Positions 13,042-26,772 of a stretch of 64,000 nt of DNA are shown in pieces. This DNA comes from Lingula anatina. Its lineage: Eukaryota > Animalia > Brachiopoda. Where the stretch lies: positions 49,640,788 through 49,704,787 of the forward strand of contig CM120640.1 of assembly GCA_051362555.1 (NCBI GenBank), read 5' to 3'. Below the pieces are notes generated by a model. That model was not told where the DNA came from, did no database searches, and saw only the letters and a list, made by a program, of their open reading frames with translations. Each line of letters starts with the position of its first letter. Positions within the stretch are counted from its first letter, which is position 1. A program made the position numbers and the translations under genes.

Positions 13042-13555
13042 ATATGACTCGAGTAAATTCGACATGCCAAGGGATAAACTGAATAAATCGCTTGATCAGT
13101 CATAAAAGATCTTTAGATTGCTCCTTTCTTTAAATGTTTGGTCAGAAATTTGACCTTTTCTGCCCCATTGATATACAGCATAGAATGCAAGCAGAAAAAC
13201 CTGTTCAAATATTTTTTGGGTAAAATTAAACGATGCCTTTTGGTAATTCTCTTAGTTATACTACTTGAAACTGTATACTGGCATTTGGTTGGCTTCTGTG
13301 GCAAAAACTTGATTTCATATGCACCTTTAAAGTAAAACAAAAATATGGTTTGGCAGTTATTATACACAACATTGAGAAATTGAGGTTTAAGATTTGTTCT
13401 GAAAATTACCAGCTTGATTGTTACTTGGTCGTCCTATCTGATATTTTTGACCAAATCTAATTTCTCTCATAAAATAAATCTGCACTCAAATTGTTGCACA
13501 ATTTTGTCCCTGTACTTGGATTCAACATTTCGTACCATTTCCAATGAATTTCTTA

Positions 13556-14012
13556 TGGCTCATTCCCAATGAAACTATTGATCTACCTAGATCAATCCAA
13601 CTCCATGGTGACTGGCTGAATGCAATCAGAATAAAAGATTAACACCTCATTTCCTACATACTTGTAGAGTCGGCTTTTGTTTTCTATTCTATGCCAGGTG
13701 GTGTGTTAGAGTGCATTCTCAGAGATTTAGATCTATCCAGAGATTTAGATCGACCTAACTCCCTGGGAGTTCATGCTAAATTGAAGTCAGCCGAGCGCGC
13801 ACCATAGTTTACCCCCTTACAGCTTTTAGTTGGCGGGACAGATGCTTAAGCCGGCTAAGCTGACAGTAATCTAGTGAGACTTCCCACAGGGATAGATGGA
13901 TCTAAAATCTATGGGAATGGGGTCTTAATATCTTAATCAGACTGCAATGGTGAGAGTCCCCTCAAAGTTGGATCGATCTACAAGGACTAAAAGTTTTATT
14001 GGGAATGAGCCC
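13556..14012. mobile_element. PIF/Harbinger-like MITE (family A) containing a nested related MITE
   Basis: TIRs (T)GGCTCATTCCCAATGAAAC ... GTTTTATTGGGAATGAGCCC with TTA/TCA flanks; homologous to the copy at 59858-60112. Confidence 0.7.
13708..13925. mobile_element. Nested MITE (family B) inside the family A MITE
   Basis: Shares CCTAACTCCCTGGG, TTACCCCCTTACAGCTT.TAG..GGCGGGAC and GACAGTAATCTAGTGAGACT.CCCA.AGGGATAGAT.GATCTAAAATCTATGGGAATG with 39617-39815. Confidence 0.7.
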
Positions 14013-14366
14013 TCAATGTCTCTGAATTGGAGGGAATAAGAATAGATTTGAAGAATATGCAGACAGAAGACCATTTCCAAAAGCATGTAGTAAAATTTTA
14101 TATGCTCTCAATATGAAATGCTTTTATTCTATTTTTATAGCATTTGCAGGGTAAACTTTTTTTAAACAATGGAACATTTTTTATCATTATTACACACATG
14201 AAAAAAATTCATGTGGTTCATATAAATGTCTTTCATGGTCAATGGTTATAATGGTTGCAATGGTGTAATCAGTTTATAACTCCATGTAACATGAAAGATG
14301 AGTCAATGTTATGATTATACCAACTAAACTGTTCTAAAACTATTTTTTTGGGGGGGCAATTGTATT

Positions 14367-17300
14367 TTAAGTCTTTTGTTTCCTTTTTTTACTTTGTTTA
14401 CTGCCTCTGGTTTTTTCTTTTTTCTGAGCAACTGGTAAACCCTTCCCTCCTCCCTTCACTTGCTGTTTTTTGAATACTTCACTTTTGTCCATTGGTTCAA
14501 TCACAGTGCCTAGTTTTGTCAGAACTTTGGGACGAATCATCTTTCGGTATGCAGTCTCTGGGTTCCATGTTTTGCCAATTGGTGCACGAATAGCACTCTC
14601 AAATTGCTTAATATTACTGAACGGAAAAGGCAGATCATTCACCTGAAAATAAAAAGTTTAAAATTTAACGTAATTTAACTAAAAGGAATGTTTCTGCAAT
14701 GCATTTTGTAATTCTTTGTTACAAGGATGTTGTGTCACCTTTCTGTTTCCCCTGCTCATAAAATAGCTCAGTTGACATCTACTGCAGATTGACTTGCCTG
14801 CTCATAAAATAGCTCAGTTGACATTTATAGCAGATGACTTGCCTACAATACAGTTGATCTTTCCTAGTGTTTTGCAATAAAGGCCAAAGCACACATCAAT
14901 GAAGAGGAAGTTGACTTAGAATTACCTGATGTTTAGCTATGCTGTTGTCCTTGGTCTCAGAGATGATGACATTTTGTTTGTCTTTATCCTTTCTTGGTGG
15001 CAAAGGAGGAGCTTTGATCAAGAACCTAATGAACAAATTGTAATAATGTTAAACCTCTTCCATCAGATTTGTCTCGAGTGCCCAACAGTAAATTGTTAAG
15101 AAATCTTATTTTAATGTAGGTTAAGTAATGGTGTAAATGCAGATTTCAGAAATATTTTGCTTGTTTAAAGTTCTGTTATTTTTTGAGAATCTTGTGGGGT
15201 TCTTAAACAGACATGGATTGACAAAATCATTTTATGGTTAACTATAGGGAGTAAATAATTATAATTCAAACGGACACTGTGGAGTCTATGCCATCCCTAG
15301 AATCAACTGTCCACTTAATTCTGATACAGGAAGAAGTGGTTTTAAACAAACAAATTGCCTCCTGCTATCAGTTAGTCTTGACACAATGTAGGTCCGTTTT
15401 TGGACAAAGTGATAAATAAATATATGCTTTTACTGGGAAACATAAGCCAACACAGGTAAAGAGACAGACTGAGAGAGAGAAAGGAAGTGTTTAATATAGT
15501 AATACCTCTTCTTTTTCTTCCTAGACACTTTTAACCCAGTTCCTCCCCAGTCTCCCCAACCTGGCAATGTCAGGTCAATATCCTTGGGTTTGTCACGTTC
15601 TTCAAGGCGAGTCTTCTCCATGTTGAACTCCTCTACAACATCATCACTAGCAAAGGCCTGGGCAATTGTCATCCTTTGGGTTTCAACTGGATCTTCTTCA
15701 TCTTCCTCATTACCTACTATATTGGGAGTCTGTGAGGGGCATACAGATTTACTTCCTACGGTGACAATCTTTTTTGGGTCTACCTGAATATCTCCTTCTG
15801 CTGAATTAGACTGTTCATTGTCTTTTACCTTGTGCTTTTTGCTCTCTTTCTTTAAAGTCTTTAGATTATCATCATCAGACATATTTCTTTCAAAGTCTTC
15901 ATATTTTCGCTTTCTTTTCAAAACTTGAGTTATGAGCTCATCTCCACTATCTTCAACTTCATAGTCCAGGTCACTGTTTTCACCTCCATCTTTTTCTTCT
16001 TCTTCTTCCTCATTATCTTCACTATCACTACCAGACGTATCATCTTTTACTGGTCTCTGTTTCTCCTGTGTTCTCTTTTTGGCATTCTTTTCTGGTTTCT
16101 TCACAGATGGTTCATTTGTGTTAGATTTCTTCTCCTTTGGTCTTTTACTAGAATTCAACAATTGCTCCTGTTTTTTCCTTTCTAGAACATCAAATAATTC
16201 ATCAAGTTTTTCATTTTCACTCTCATCATCCTCTTCTTCGCATTCAACATCATCATCAATGTCTTCTTCCTTTTTTCCAGCTTCAAGTTCCTTTGTGGGT
16301 TGCTGGATTTCTTTTTCATCATTGCTATCATCTGAATCTTTGCCATTTTTATCTTGGATCAAAACTTGTGCTTCCAAATTTACCACTGCATCAGGCTTCT
16401 TATAGACAGAATGATGTTTTGGCAACATGGTCATCCAAGGATTTGCACTAGATTTATCATTCATTGCTCTTGTGTTGCCATTCATAGGTTCTTCAGTGTC
16501 GCTGCCATCACTTTCACTAGATATAGCTTGTTTGTTGGTTAATTCTTTATTTTTCTGCAACATGTCTTGAACTGCCTGGCGACTCTACATACAAAACAGT
16601 AACAGTTTTAAATTTGACTGCCTCAGAAATTATTAAAGAGAACAAATGATAAATAAACACCAAAAATAGAGAAAGCATGGAAATATACCATGAGAATGAA
16701 GTAAATACTTTGGAAAACTGAAGGTTTTTAGCAAACATCAAAAATTTTAATTTCCTGTTTCATTTTCTGAACAACTTTACATGTCTGCACAAGACCTTGT
16801 GGTAATTAAGATGACAACTTATTGTTCAACCACTTACATGATCATTGTGCTTCCCATACAGTACCACATTCTTCATGTACTTGCTGCCTCCTTTGTGCTT
16901 CAAACTCATTCTTTCCTAAAATCACATGTAGCACAGATCTTCAAAATATGATAAAATAAGAAAAATCTAATAGAATAATGAAAAAAGGGAACAGAAAACA
17001 AAATTACATCTTTAATATCATTATATGTCTACTGAGGAAAGATAATCCTTTTTGCTACAAACAAATTCATTACACTTGAAGTGCATTGGGCAATATTCAA
17101 CAGTAGAGCAATATCAATACTTTTCTAATGTACAAACACTTCTCACTAACCTGCATTCTCTGTTTGTCTAGCATTTGGAGTTTTTCTAGGTAAGCTTCTG
17201 GGTTAGTCTTTTGCAGTTCCTCCAATGCTTTCTTTTCCTCTTTCATTTTTTCTTTCTTTTTTATACGATGGTATCTAATAGTTAACAAAAGATTATCAAT

Positions 17301-20300
17301 TAGCAATTTCATGGCATATGAAACTGCAGTAAACTAACAGAAATGCATACTGCAGTCCTGTGAGTATAAACTTGCATTATCAATCAATGGTAAAAGCAAA
17401 TAATAAAAACAATAATTAAACAGCTTTAATATAATGTCCCTGTTATTTAGGTAAATAATCATATACCTTACATCTTACTTACATGATAAAATCAAAAATG
17501 CAAATGACACATCACATACCTCTTACTCTTTATCTTGTTTTGACGTCTTGACTTGGCTTCTTTGTAAGACAGCAGAGCTCTATATTTTTGTAGCTCTGCT
17601 CTACGAGTTTTAGCCTGTAGATAGACATAATATTAATCATCAGTTAACTGAAATCTTTGTAATCTTGTTTAGGAAAATCACCATAAACACTCAAATATAA
17701 GACTGAAAGTATTCTTTAACTATACATTTTTTCTTCAGACTACATGCCTGTTCTAACCAAGATCTATACTCAGCCTTCCATGACATCATTATTCTCAATC
17801 TCAAATGAAGAATGAATAGAACACTTTGTAACCCTGTCGTCGGGCTGAAAAGCAACCAATGTTTGCTGTAACCAACCTCTTCTAGACTCATTGCCTTTAG
17901 TGCTTTTTCTTCAGCAGCAGTCAAAGCTTTCTCTTGCATCATTACATTCTGACTTCCATGCAACAAGGTGGCTATCTCTTTCTCAAGGGGAGTCCTTGGC
18001 TAAAACATAATGGTAGGTATTGCCTTTTTTAAAAGATCCACTTAGTGACAATCAAGCAAAATAAATGATCTGCCGATTAATTCTGAATCTAAAACATCTT
18101 CCACAGACAGTTAGGCCACACTTTTTTATTTTTATGGATGACATCCTCTGGGTACCCCAAAATCGGTACAAGAGGGCGAAAAAAAAAAAAAACGGTCCAA
18201 AAAAAAAATTACTGCTTAAGTAAAGGAATGCTGTCAGTACACAGCTGGAAACACAAATTTTACCACAGAAACACGTATCAAACTAACAATATGTCTTTAT
18301 CCATGCTCTCAAAATATTAAAGCATTGTGAATACTTCGTAGAAATGTAAAAAAAAGTCATGAATAGATATACTTTTTATTACAAAATCTATTAAGGTTAT
18401 TTATTGCATTTTGTTGGTATAGCAATCAATAAAACAAATATCAAACAAACGTTACAGTGTGTCTTTATTCGTATTCTCAGAATATTAAAGCATTTTGAAC
18501 ACTTCACAGAAATGTTTAAAAAAATGATGCAAAGATATGCTTAATACTACCAAATCTATTAAAGGTCATTTCGGACGATGCCATTTTGTCTACTTCGACT
18601 CACACGGCCAAACTGTCAGGTGGCCTGTCCGACCTTCAGCCCACCAAATACCTCGACGCCCTTGTCGACCCTTTTTTCGCTACAGAAAACCTGGTAGCCT
18701 ATGTGCTGCTTTGTACAGAATGTCACTGAAATTTTTCGGGCGATAATCGCTGGCGGCCGCCAGCCTTTCGCACAATTGTAAAAAGGTGATATCTCCATGT
18801 CCAATATCAATGGCATACCAATCCAAAACGACGGCACCCGTTCTCTTTATGACTTTAATTGTCATGTAATTTGAAAGTTATCCTAGAGATGAATTTGACG
18901 GCAAAGCGGCCACATTTCCACATGGCGATAATACGCATGCGCAGAAAGCTCATTTCCTGGCAAATTCAATAACGACGTTTGCGCCAACCGACTTCGTTGG
19001 GGGCTGGGGGGGGGGGGGATTTTTTTTTTTTTTCGGAGAACGGGCGAAAATCGGTGCGCGCGCAGGATGTCATCCATAAAATTAAAAAAGTGTGGCCTTA
19101 GTAAAAATAATGTACCTCCAAAAAATTAAAGATACATAGCATACCACCTTGCCCAATAGTCTTTAAAGATCACACGTGGAAAAAAGTGCACTTTACAAGC
19201 TTCTAAATTTACAAATGGATGTTTCTGTTACATTCTTTCTATCAGATGTCAAGTAAATACAAGTAACCATGATCGCATTGGGGGGGGGGGGGGGATAAAT
19301 TGAGAAGTGAGCAGCATATTGCAACATAAATTAGGCAAACACACACCAACACACACCTGAAATCTTTTGACAAACTGATCTGTAGTGTGCAAACGTAGAT
19401 TAGGCTGCTGGAGAGGAAACTTGAGTTGATCAGCTCTTCTATTCTTCTCTACCACAGGGTCCCATTTTGCTACTTCTTTAGAAGCATCTTCATATGCAAC
19501 TGTCCTTTGAATCTAAAAAGTACATAAAAATAATACCAAATACCAACATTAAGAGATACCTGTGTCAACTATAAACATGCATACATTAAAACATATTTTC
19601 TTGTTGAATTTATAATAAATATATTAATAAGATAATAAGTAAACAAATGAACTCAGATGCTAAATTCTTCCCTTACCCTTTCCTGTTCAGGTTTTGGTAG
19701 TGGTTGTTGAAGAACCTTGTTTCGCTTATTAACAGTGTTCAGTTGCTTCTTCAGATCCCCATGTTTGGTTGTGTTTCTAAGTGATCCAACCAGATCATGC
19801 AGTTTCACCTTTTCTGAATCTTTTCAGAGACAAAAAGAAAAAGAAAAAGTGATGATGTAGGTTAAGCTGAGCTAAAACAATAAGGGATTTAATATTTCTT
19901 TGTATGTAAATTTTCAACACATTGTATTCAACCATTTTACAAGAAACTGCTTTTTTTGTTTCAAATAGATTGTTACAGATTTAAAAAAAGTTTAAAATGA
20001 AGCTATACCTTTACTAGTGCCAATGCTGAACTCAGACACTGTGAGAGAAGCTTCTGATCTCTGTAACACCTTGCTACAATAGAAAATGAAAATCTGTTTA
20101 ATGAAAATATAACATCAGTTTTTGGCTATTCATTAAATGGCATTTCAATCAGTTAAAATATCTCATTTGCCTATTAATTATACAAGCTCAAATATTAATG
20201 AATATGTATAATACGTTATGATTAAGAGCAAATATCCTGATTCAAAACATCTAGGTATGAGCCGATTACAGATAAATTAAAAAGACAACACAGCCTCTTT

Positions 20301-21514
20301 CAAGTCTACAATATTGCAAGAAGTATGTTAATCTATATATTTTGCATTTGAACGGGCATACAAAGCAATTTTAGTTGGAAATGATACACAAAAACTGCAC
20401 TTTTACAACATCTTACACTCCAAATAAACAAGATCTATTTCAAATTTAACGTCTAGCACAAGCCCAGTACGTAGAAATAAAGAACTAAAAATCGGGATTA
20501 TATTATACCATGCATGTCATGTGATTCAGATACTAGCATTTGAATAAATGGGAAGGAAGAAGTGTGGAAAAACTGCTCAACCTACTTTCCATTGGTAAAG
20601 GCCAAGTGAGCAGGCTTATCACATGGCTGCCCTAATTTAACAAGTCAATGCAGTGGATGATGCAAAGAAAAAACTTTTAAGCACATAAGAGGGATAAAAA
20701 GAAAAAGGGAGCACAACACAAAACCTGCACAAATAAAAGTATGATTATAATATAGAGGGCAATGGCATATCAACAGAGGTGACTTTAAACATTCGGGAAC
20801 CATGCACCGAGACAACATCAAATGATACAATGGCCACACTAGTTTGTTCTGGTGAGGTAGCCCTGACAGTATCAGTAGTAAAAGGTGTGAGCGTAGTGAA
20901 TGAATTGTCGTTTTTGAAGACAGCAGAGCATAAAACTGAACGTATAGAACCGACAAAAAATGAAGCTGAAACTGCATTTTGACAATTAATATACACATCT
21001 AATGGTGATGATTAATTAAGATAAACAATTTTAGACACCATTCTTATATAATCTTTAAAACGATGATAGCACACTCGCTTGGTTTGTATGCCTCTTTAAA
21101 TCGATGGAAGTAGACTGACCTTTTTCCACCACTAAGGGAGCTCACAGCATCCAGAAGCCTGGCATGTTTTTCTTCATCATCTCCTTCCTTAAAAAAAGGA
21201 AGAAAGAAAAGGAAAAGAGCCCAGCTCTATTTCTTATTTCAAGACATTCAGGTTAGGAACAAAACTAAGAAACTTAATGCAGAACAGACCATCCCTTTGT
21301 TGTCTAGATTCCCATATATTATCTTATGATACACTATGAATAAGATTTTTGTTTCTGCCAAATTTCTAGACAAAATAAATAAATCTGGAAAGTTCCAGTG
21401 CTAGCATGACCTCGCTTACCATACATAACATTGCATTATACATCACTTAATTTATTTATATCCAAAGCCTACCTCTTCACTTGCACTTATTTCAACATTA
21501 TCTTCGCTGTCCAT
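14367..21514 (-). CDS. UTP14: U3 snoRNA-associated protein 14 (SSU processome component)
   Basis: Exons: 21473-21514, 21120-21187, 20009-20073, 19677-19819, 19357-19512, 17877-17999, 17520-17614, 17151-17274, 16838-16915, 15506-16584, 14926-15025, 14367-14642; phases consistent. Hallmarks KWDPVVEKNRRADQLKFPL, PRTPLEKEI, ERMSLKH, AFASDDVVEEF..EK, DLTLPGWGDWGG, LPFPF...QFESAIRAPIGKTWN. Confidence 0.95.
14751..14843. repeat. Tandem duplication of a ~46-bp unit in a UTP14 intron
   Basis: CCTGCTCATAAAATAGCTCAGTTGACAT...GCAGAT(T)GACTTG appears twice, head to tail. Confidence 0.8.
18114..19097. mobile_element. Non-autonomous PIF/Harbinger-like DNA transposon in a UTP14 intron
   Basis: 34-bp near-perfect TIRs GGCCACACTTTTTTA(T/A)TTTTATGGATGACATCCT and a 3-bp TTA target-site duplication (18111-18113, 19098-19100); internal diverged ~170-bp duplication (~18290 and ~18460). 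Confidence 0.85.
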
Positions 21515-22506
21515 AATTAACACTGCAGGTATTGATCAGTTGGGCCTAAATGATGCAGCAGATTCAGTTCCCTGTAATAAAGAGCAAACACAATGATTGA
21601 GGGGTTTCAAAGGGTAATCAGAGGCATTGTACAGTACAGTACGTATCGGTTTGCAAATTCTACATTTACATCTTGAAATCCGATTTTTAAACGAAATATT
21701 TATATAAGTTATAAAGAGTTGAAAGGCATTTTACAGTGTAATGGTCACTGTATGCATCTGCATACAAATTTCAGAGTGAGTACCGTATGTAGCTAAATAA
21801 CACGTCGTTCCTACAGTGCAAAATGACTTAGATTTTCCGTGATCCTTCTGTCCACATCCACACTTCCTTGCATGCTTTCTTTAAGTACCCACGTCAGGCA
21901 AATGTAATCAAAGTCGTAAAAACTTCAAATCTTGGTTGGATTGGTGAATTTTGCACACTTAAATCCCTCAAGAGAATGGAATATATTAATATTGTTAATA
22001 ATGGCCAAAATACATTTGATTCTCGGTTATATACAACAAATTGCCATAGTGTTGTCACAAACAAAGTACCCACTTACCTCCACACATATTACGACTTAGA
22101 AAGGGCGGTCGAACGACGGCAAACACGGAAAGATTCTAGCCAGATTTTATTTGATTCTACTTCCTATTCGAAGGTACGTCAAACACAGAAAATATAGCGC
22201 AGCATTACGAATTGGAAACAAGAAAACAAAGTACTGCATGAGTTGCCAGGCTCCTAGATAACCCTGTTTTCCCACGAGCCTCGTTCAATTTGGCTATTAT
22301 CCTTTTCGCCCTGCCCAACACCAGACTACTCGTGTGCATCTGTTTGTGCGTCCTAAGACTGCGTAAATTGTTAAAAACTAAATGGTTAACCAAAGAGATA
22401 TCACTTAGTGAGTACAGTGACGTGGAATGTAATGTAATTATCGTTGCACAGCAATACATAGCACAAAGTCCCATGCATTAGCACTGCTGTTTACATTTTC
22501 TGTTAA

Positions 22507-24081
22507 GGGATCTTGGATATTAACGAAAAAGTCCAAAACTAATGCAGCTAATGAAATTTCCTATTAACTTAAAGAAAAGGTCTAGCAAGCCAAACAATTT
22601 TTCAAAGTTTGTAGTCACAGTGTAACACGAGTGACGTAATATCAGCGTTTTGAGGCTAAAATTGTCTTTTTTTTAATCAAGAATTTCTCTTAAACAAAAA
22701 GCCCTATTAATACGATTGAAATAGCTATCTAAAGGTTAGCACAAACTCCATTAAACTCTGTCAGGATTTTCTCTTTTTATTTTTACTTTTGATTTTATTT
22801 TGATAAAACGTGAATTTTACGAAATATATATGGACCTTCCAATTTCAGTATTAATAACTTCAAAAATAAAAGGTCAATCCAAAAACCAAGACTCAGACGA
22901 CTAGATATTATACTGAAACAGAGACACATCAAATTTCATGTCAATCTGACAGTTACAGAATGAGATATGGGGATTGAAGTTTAGACTATGTTATCAATCT
23001 TCAAAGCTGAGAAATCGCTCCTAAACCATTTTGCTCAGGTAATTGGGCTATTTAAGCAAAATAATTGCACCTCCACCTTACCTGTTATCATCTTGTTGAT
23101 CGGGAAGGTCTATGCACAATTACGTGTTAAAATTGGGTTGTTTGTTTCTATCTAGATGCCAGAAAATCTTACTTTTGTACGCAAACTTATTCGTACCACG
23201 AAAGTCGCTCTTCCCTGGGAAATGATTGACAGCTGAGTAGGTCTGCCTACTCTCGTTTCACTGACGTAATTAATCATAATTGTGCCTGACGCAGTTGGAG
23301 TCTGTGCACTGTCTAGGAAGTGTCTAAGGAAGCGCTTACAAACAAAAAGAGGATTACATGGTGTGCCAGCAGAGGACAATGCCACCCGTCGTGCGTGGAC
23401 GCCGCTCTACACACCAAGACGCGAAAATTGAGAAAGTAAAGCAAGATTTACTCCGAGAAATGGCCGAATGTGGGTACGTATATGCCATGATGCCACAGAG
23501 TGCCAAGACCGTAATATGCGAATTTGAAAATGTTTTGGGTGGCAATATTACTTTAAAACTTGCTTGCTATTACAATCTTTATTGTGCATAAAATGATTGC
23601 CTAACGATTTTTTTCTGACAACCCCAGACGTTGTACGAATACTCAGCAGTTCAAGTGTGATCTCGAGTCTTTACCGCGGGGTTTCTCCATCCACCAGAAG
23701 CACTCTCTTTCAAAATTCTCTTGCTTTCCTCGCTCATCCGTTTTCTCACGACTTTCTTTCTTCCCATGACTGTGTATATAAATGTGTTCTGCTTAGCTGA
23801 CGTAAGACTAATGAGCTGCCAGGGCACGCGTAACAGCTTAAGAAGTTAGACAACCATTCTTGCCCCGCCCCCCATAGTAACGGTGCTTGACAACGGAGGC
23901 GGAGCCTTAAGCCTGCCACCCGTACCAGTCAGGACAGGTAGAAAAACTCGTCCAAATGTATATTTTTAGTCCGTGTTTCACAAATATAACTTAATTGAGT
24001 ATTAGATACAAAATTGATTATTTCTAACGTATAAAAAACTAAAAATCGAGTTTTAGACGTATTTTTAATATCCTAGACCCC
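22507..24081. mobile_element. Kolobok-like non-autonomous DNA transposon
   Basis: TTAA on both flanks (22503-22506, 24082-24085) and imperfect TIRs GGGATCTTGGATATTAA / TTAATATCCTAGACCCC. GG termini with a TTAA TSD fit Kolobok better than piggyBac. The interior is CpG-richer than the surrounding DNA and has only short ORF remnants. Confidence 0.7.
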
Positions 24082-24192
24082 TTAAGTGATGTCCTGGTGT
24101 AATACAGTGTATGTGCTAATGCATGAAAGAAATAGCAGCACTTAAGAAAGTCAATGAGGGTCAGCCCATGACTGAATCCAGTGACAAATAGT

Positions 24193-24350
24193 CAGGCCCG
24201 TAGCCACAATTTTAAAATGGGGAGTTATTTTTCTGAAAAAGTGGATCTTTTCCCATAAAAACTTCATGTACCTAGATCAAATTTTACCCAGAGTGGACCT
24301 TTTCCCAGCAAAAGGGGCGGTTCTTTCGAACCCCCCTGGCTACGGGCCTG
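24193..24350. mobile_element. MITE with CAGGCCCGTAGCCA TIRs and a 5-bp TSD
   Basis: CAGGCCCGTAGCCA...TGGCTACGGGCCTG flanked by ATAGT on both sides. Confidence 0.8.
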
Positions 24351-25005
24351 ATAGTGCTAGATATTTGACCACCAAAAACCAAACTACTACACCATTTCAA
24401 TTTTGTGTATGTTGGAAGTTGCTTGGCCCACATGGTTGTTTGGTTGTTTTGTGTGAAATAATAATAGAATACCAAATTTATTTCACATGTTCAAAAGGAA
24501 ATTCACCTTTATGTTGACAGTCTTCAAGGGGTGTGTGATTCTAAGGCAACATATCTGGTAGAAGAGCAAAAAACTACTTGTTAGCTCTCTAGCAATGTGC
24601 AATTAGAGGAGGTGAGAGAAGAAAATATTTTGCCTGACACTGTGGAGTCTCTCTGGTAGCCATTTTACAGTTATGTGTATTTTTATTTTTCATGTGTTAG
24701 CACATATAGTACATATGTCAGGAATAAGAATGCTAACACACCAATTTCCCTGCTATATGATACAGTACATTGGTAACTGTAAGGTGTGAAGGTAATGCCA
24801 GTGTGGCAAAAAGTTTGTTTTAACTTACAGTGATCAGTGACCTATTAAACCATTTGATTAAGCACTTAACATCGGAAAAGTTATTATTTGCATATTACTA
24901 TCAATTACAGTCAATACAGATAGGCATAGCTGTGACTGTTTTTTCTTCATCTGTATATCTTAAAAAGAAGTATAATATTTGTAACCAAACTATTTAAGAT
25001 TTATA

Positions 25006-25181
25006 CTGGGGTAGCACTAACACTCGCCAATTTAGCCAAATGCTAAAACTGGAGGGGATAAAATTGGCTAAACAAAAAATGCTTGATTTGACTAATATTA
25101 GTCAAATTAAAGCCATTTGGATAACAAATTGACAAAAATGCGTTGTTTTGGCTAAGTGAAAAAAATTGCTAGCTACCCCTG
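25006..25181. mobile_element. MITE with C(A/T)GGGGTAGC TIRs and a 5-bp TSD
   Basis: CTGGGGTAGC...GCTACCCCTG flanked by TTATA on both sides; internal TTAGCCAA/TTGGCTAA subterminal motifs. Confidence 0.6.
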
Positions 25182-26008
25182 TTATATTTAGGTATTTATG
25201 TGTACTTCATGATATATTGCACCTAATAAATCTGACCGAATCCATACACTTCTCATAAACCACTTAAGATTTATCAGGTATGTGGTTTTGTTTTTATTAT
25301 CACTATTATTTAATATTTGTTTCTGACAAAAAACCTAGCTTATTTACTATAGAGTTATTGATAACAAATTTATTGTGAAGCATTGGAAAATAGTTTGTTT
25401 CTTTTAAAAGTGGAAACTGTTCACCAGTTTCAATTTCTTTTTATTATTTGATTATACCAGTTGTCAGTGTGATTTCTCTGTTTACAAGAATGACTTGGCT
25501 CATATCCCTTAGGCCAATTAGTTAATTAGACATTGAATTAGACATATAATTAGGCAGAAATCAGTCCTAAAGTGGAAAGTTATATTATACATTCACCACA
25601 GCACTATGCAACGAAAATTACCTTCAGCTATTTCACCACAGGTGATCACTGTTTGACACTTTACATTAGTCTCACCTTGATATCTGTTATTACTACCTGA
25701 CTGACTGGGAATGGGGCATGTATGCTGTAAGCTGCACTGTTCCCATGATTCAAAAGCAGGTACTTGCAATGGATGATCATATCATTTGTCAAATTTATGT
25801 AACTTTTGTCCAGAGTGTTTTATTCATGCTAGAGTAATTTCTTATGGGTTGTATTAAATTTATATATATATTGATGGCTATGGACAAAAAAATTTGATCA
25901 GTATAATAATTATCCATTGCCAATATTACGTAATACTTTGTGCAGCAGTATAACTAGATGCTGGATGAATAATATATTTACATGCCTGCGGTTCTTAAAT
26001 AAATGCAA

Positions 26009-26388
26009 ACTATAGCAAAGAGAAGCACTCCTGGAGCGCAGACCTCAGCCAAGGCAGCAGTCTCCACCCAATGCCGTTCCACCCCTAAATTTTCATTCTA
26101 TAACGATTTAGTTTTTTTTACTTTTGATTATTGATTGATTATTGAACCAGATCGCCACCAAAAACTAATCATCTGTTGCTTGGCTCTCCTGAAAATTTCA
26201 TCAAAATCGGTCCATAACTTTTTAAGTTATGTTGATGACAGACAAACAAATAAACAAACAAACAAACAGGGGTGAAAACATAACCTCCTTGGCGGAGGTA
26301 AATATTGAAAATTTAGGGGTGAAACGGCATTGGATGGAGACTTTGCTGCCTTGGCGGAGGTTTGCAATCTCTGAGCGTTTTTTTAGTT
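26009..26388. mobile_element. Short Helentron-associated (HINE-like) element followed by an inverted copy of its 5' end
   Basis: GCACTC..GAGCGCAGACCTC.GCCAAGGC start, (CAAA)n microsatellite and 3' palindrome ACCTCCTTGGCGGAGGT at ~26284-26300; 26305-26388 is the reverse complement of ~26010-26096. Confidence 0.65.
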
Positions 26389-26772
26389 GATATTGCTTTT
26401 AGACAAATGTCTCACATATAATCAAAACTAGCATGACATTTGTATAAAAGCAGTTTAGATCTGTATGGAACCATACTTGCACTTCATGATGTGAATCAAA
26501 GTGGAAAGAATGCTAACAGGAGATTGACTGAAGATTTTTATCAGGTGTATAGTAGGAGGTGGCATGAGATTCTGAATTGCATAATTAATTAAAAGGTGAC
26601 TTCATACATATAACGTTCAAATGAAAATTGAGCATTATTTTTGATTTTGCTGATTATTTTTAAACCCATTTTAATCCAGTCCATAATTTAGAATGCAGCA
26701 TTAAATCTGAATTGATTTGCCTTTTTCAGCATATCACTAAGTCACTGATCAGAATAGAAGATAGCACTGACC

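Noticed and set aside
15584-16542. Several + strand ORFs (Ser/Phe-rich)
   Set aside because: Antisense shadows of the large acidic, Lys-rich UTP14 exon.
20645-20998. Overlapping 67-117 aa ORFs in a UTP14 intron (nested gene or snoRNA?)
   Set aside because: No recognisable domain, splice structure or paired C/D or H/ACA boxes that I can support.
23358-23800. Short ORFs inside the Kolobok-like element as an intact transposase
   Set aside because: All under 80 aa with no DDE or THAP motif visible; at most remnants.
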